Positions 13,869 through 13,872 of a DNA stretch of 13,872 nt are shown piece after piece. A model generated the notes under the pieces. It was given only the letters and a program-made list of their open reading frames with translations, ran no database searches and was not told the DNA's origin. Within the stretch, counting starts at the first letter, position 1, and each line of letters starts with the position of its first letter. The translations under genes and the position numbers were made by a program. The stretch is from Candidatus Heimdallarchaeota archaeon (lineage in GTDB: Archaea; Asgardarchaeota; Heimdallarchaeia; JABLTI01): positions 1 through 13,872 of the forward strand of contig JAUWKS010000078.1 in NCBI GenBank assembly GCA_030614005.1, in the 5' to 3' direction.

Positions 13869-13872
13869 TGCC
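13868..13872 (+). CDS. Possible start of a downstream gene overlapping the paralogue B stop (TGATG)
   Basis: GGTGA at 13860-13864 is followed by ATG at 13868-13870, which shares its A with the TGA stop. Only 5 nt are visible. Confidence 0.3.

Overview
AT-rich prokaryotic window with no rRNA, tRNA, CRISPR array or transposase that I can detect. Several features point to an archaeon: TATA/BRE-like elements about 25-30 nt upstream of starts that lack a Shine-Dalgarno site, GGTGA-type SD sites, oligo-T terminators and a sequon-rich surface protein. An Asgard/Heimdallarchaeia-type host is plausible but is inference. Recognisable genes are the N-terminal part of a P-type cation ATPase (minus strand, missed by the ORF track), a 7-repeat TPR protein, a class I SAM methyltransferase with an unusual Cys/His-rich N-terminal extension, a soluble 3xPAS histidine kinase, a DUF89/ARMT1-like phosphatase, a DegV/FakB-family lipid-binding protein and a secreted, C-terminally anchored M14 zinc carboxypeptidase. 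The most unusual items are three. (1) A membrane protein whose N-terminus looks like a protein-kinase N-lobe with no C-lobe. (2) A LIM-like multi-zinc module fused to the methyltransferase. (3) A tandem pair of unknown-family paralogues whose 109-nt non-coding upstream regions align without gaps and are at least as conserved as the coding sequences. All counts were done by hand, and all family assignments rest on motif recognition, not database searches.
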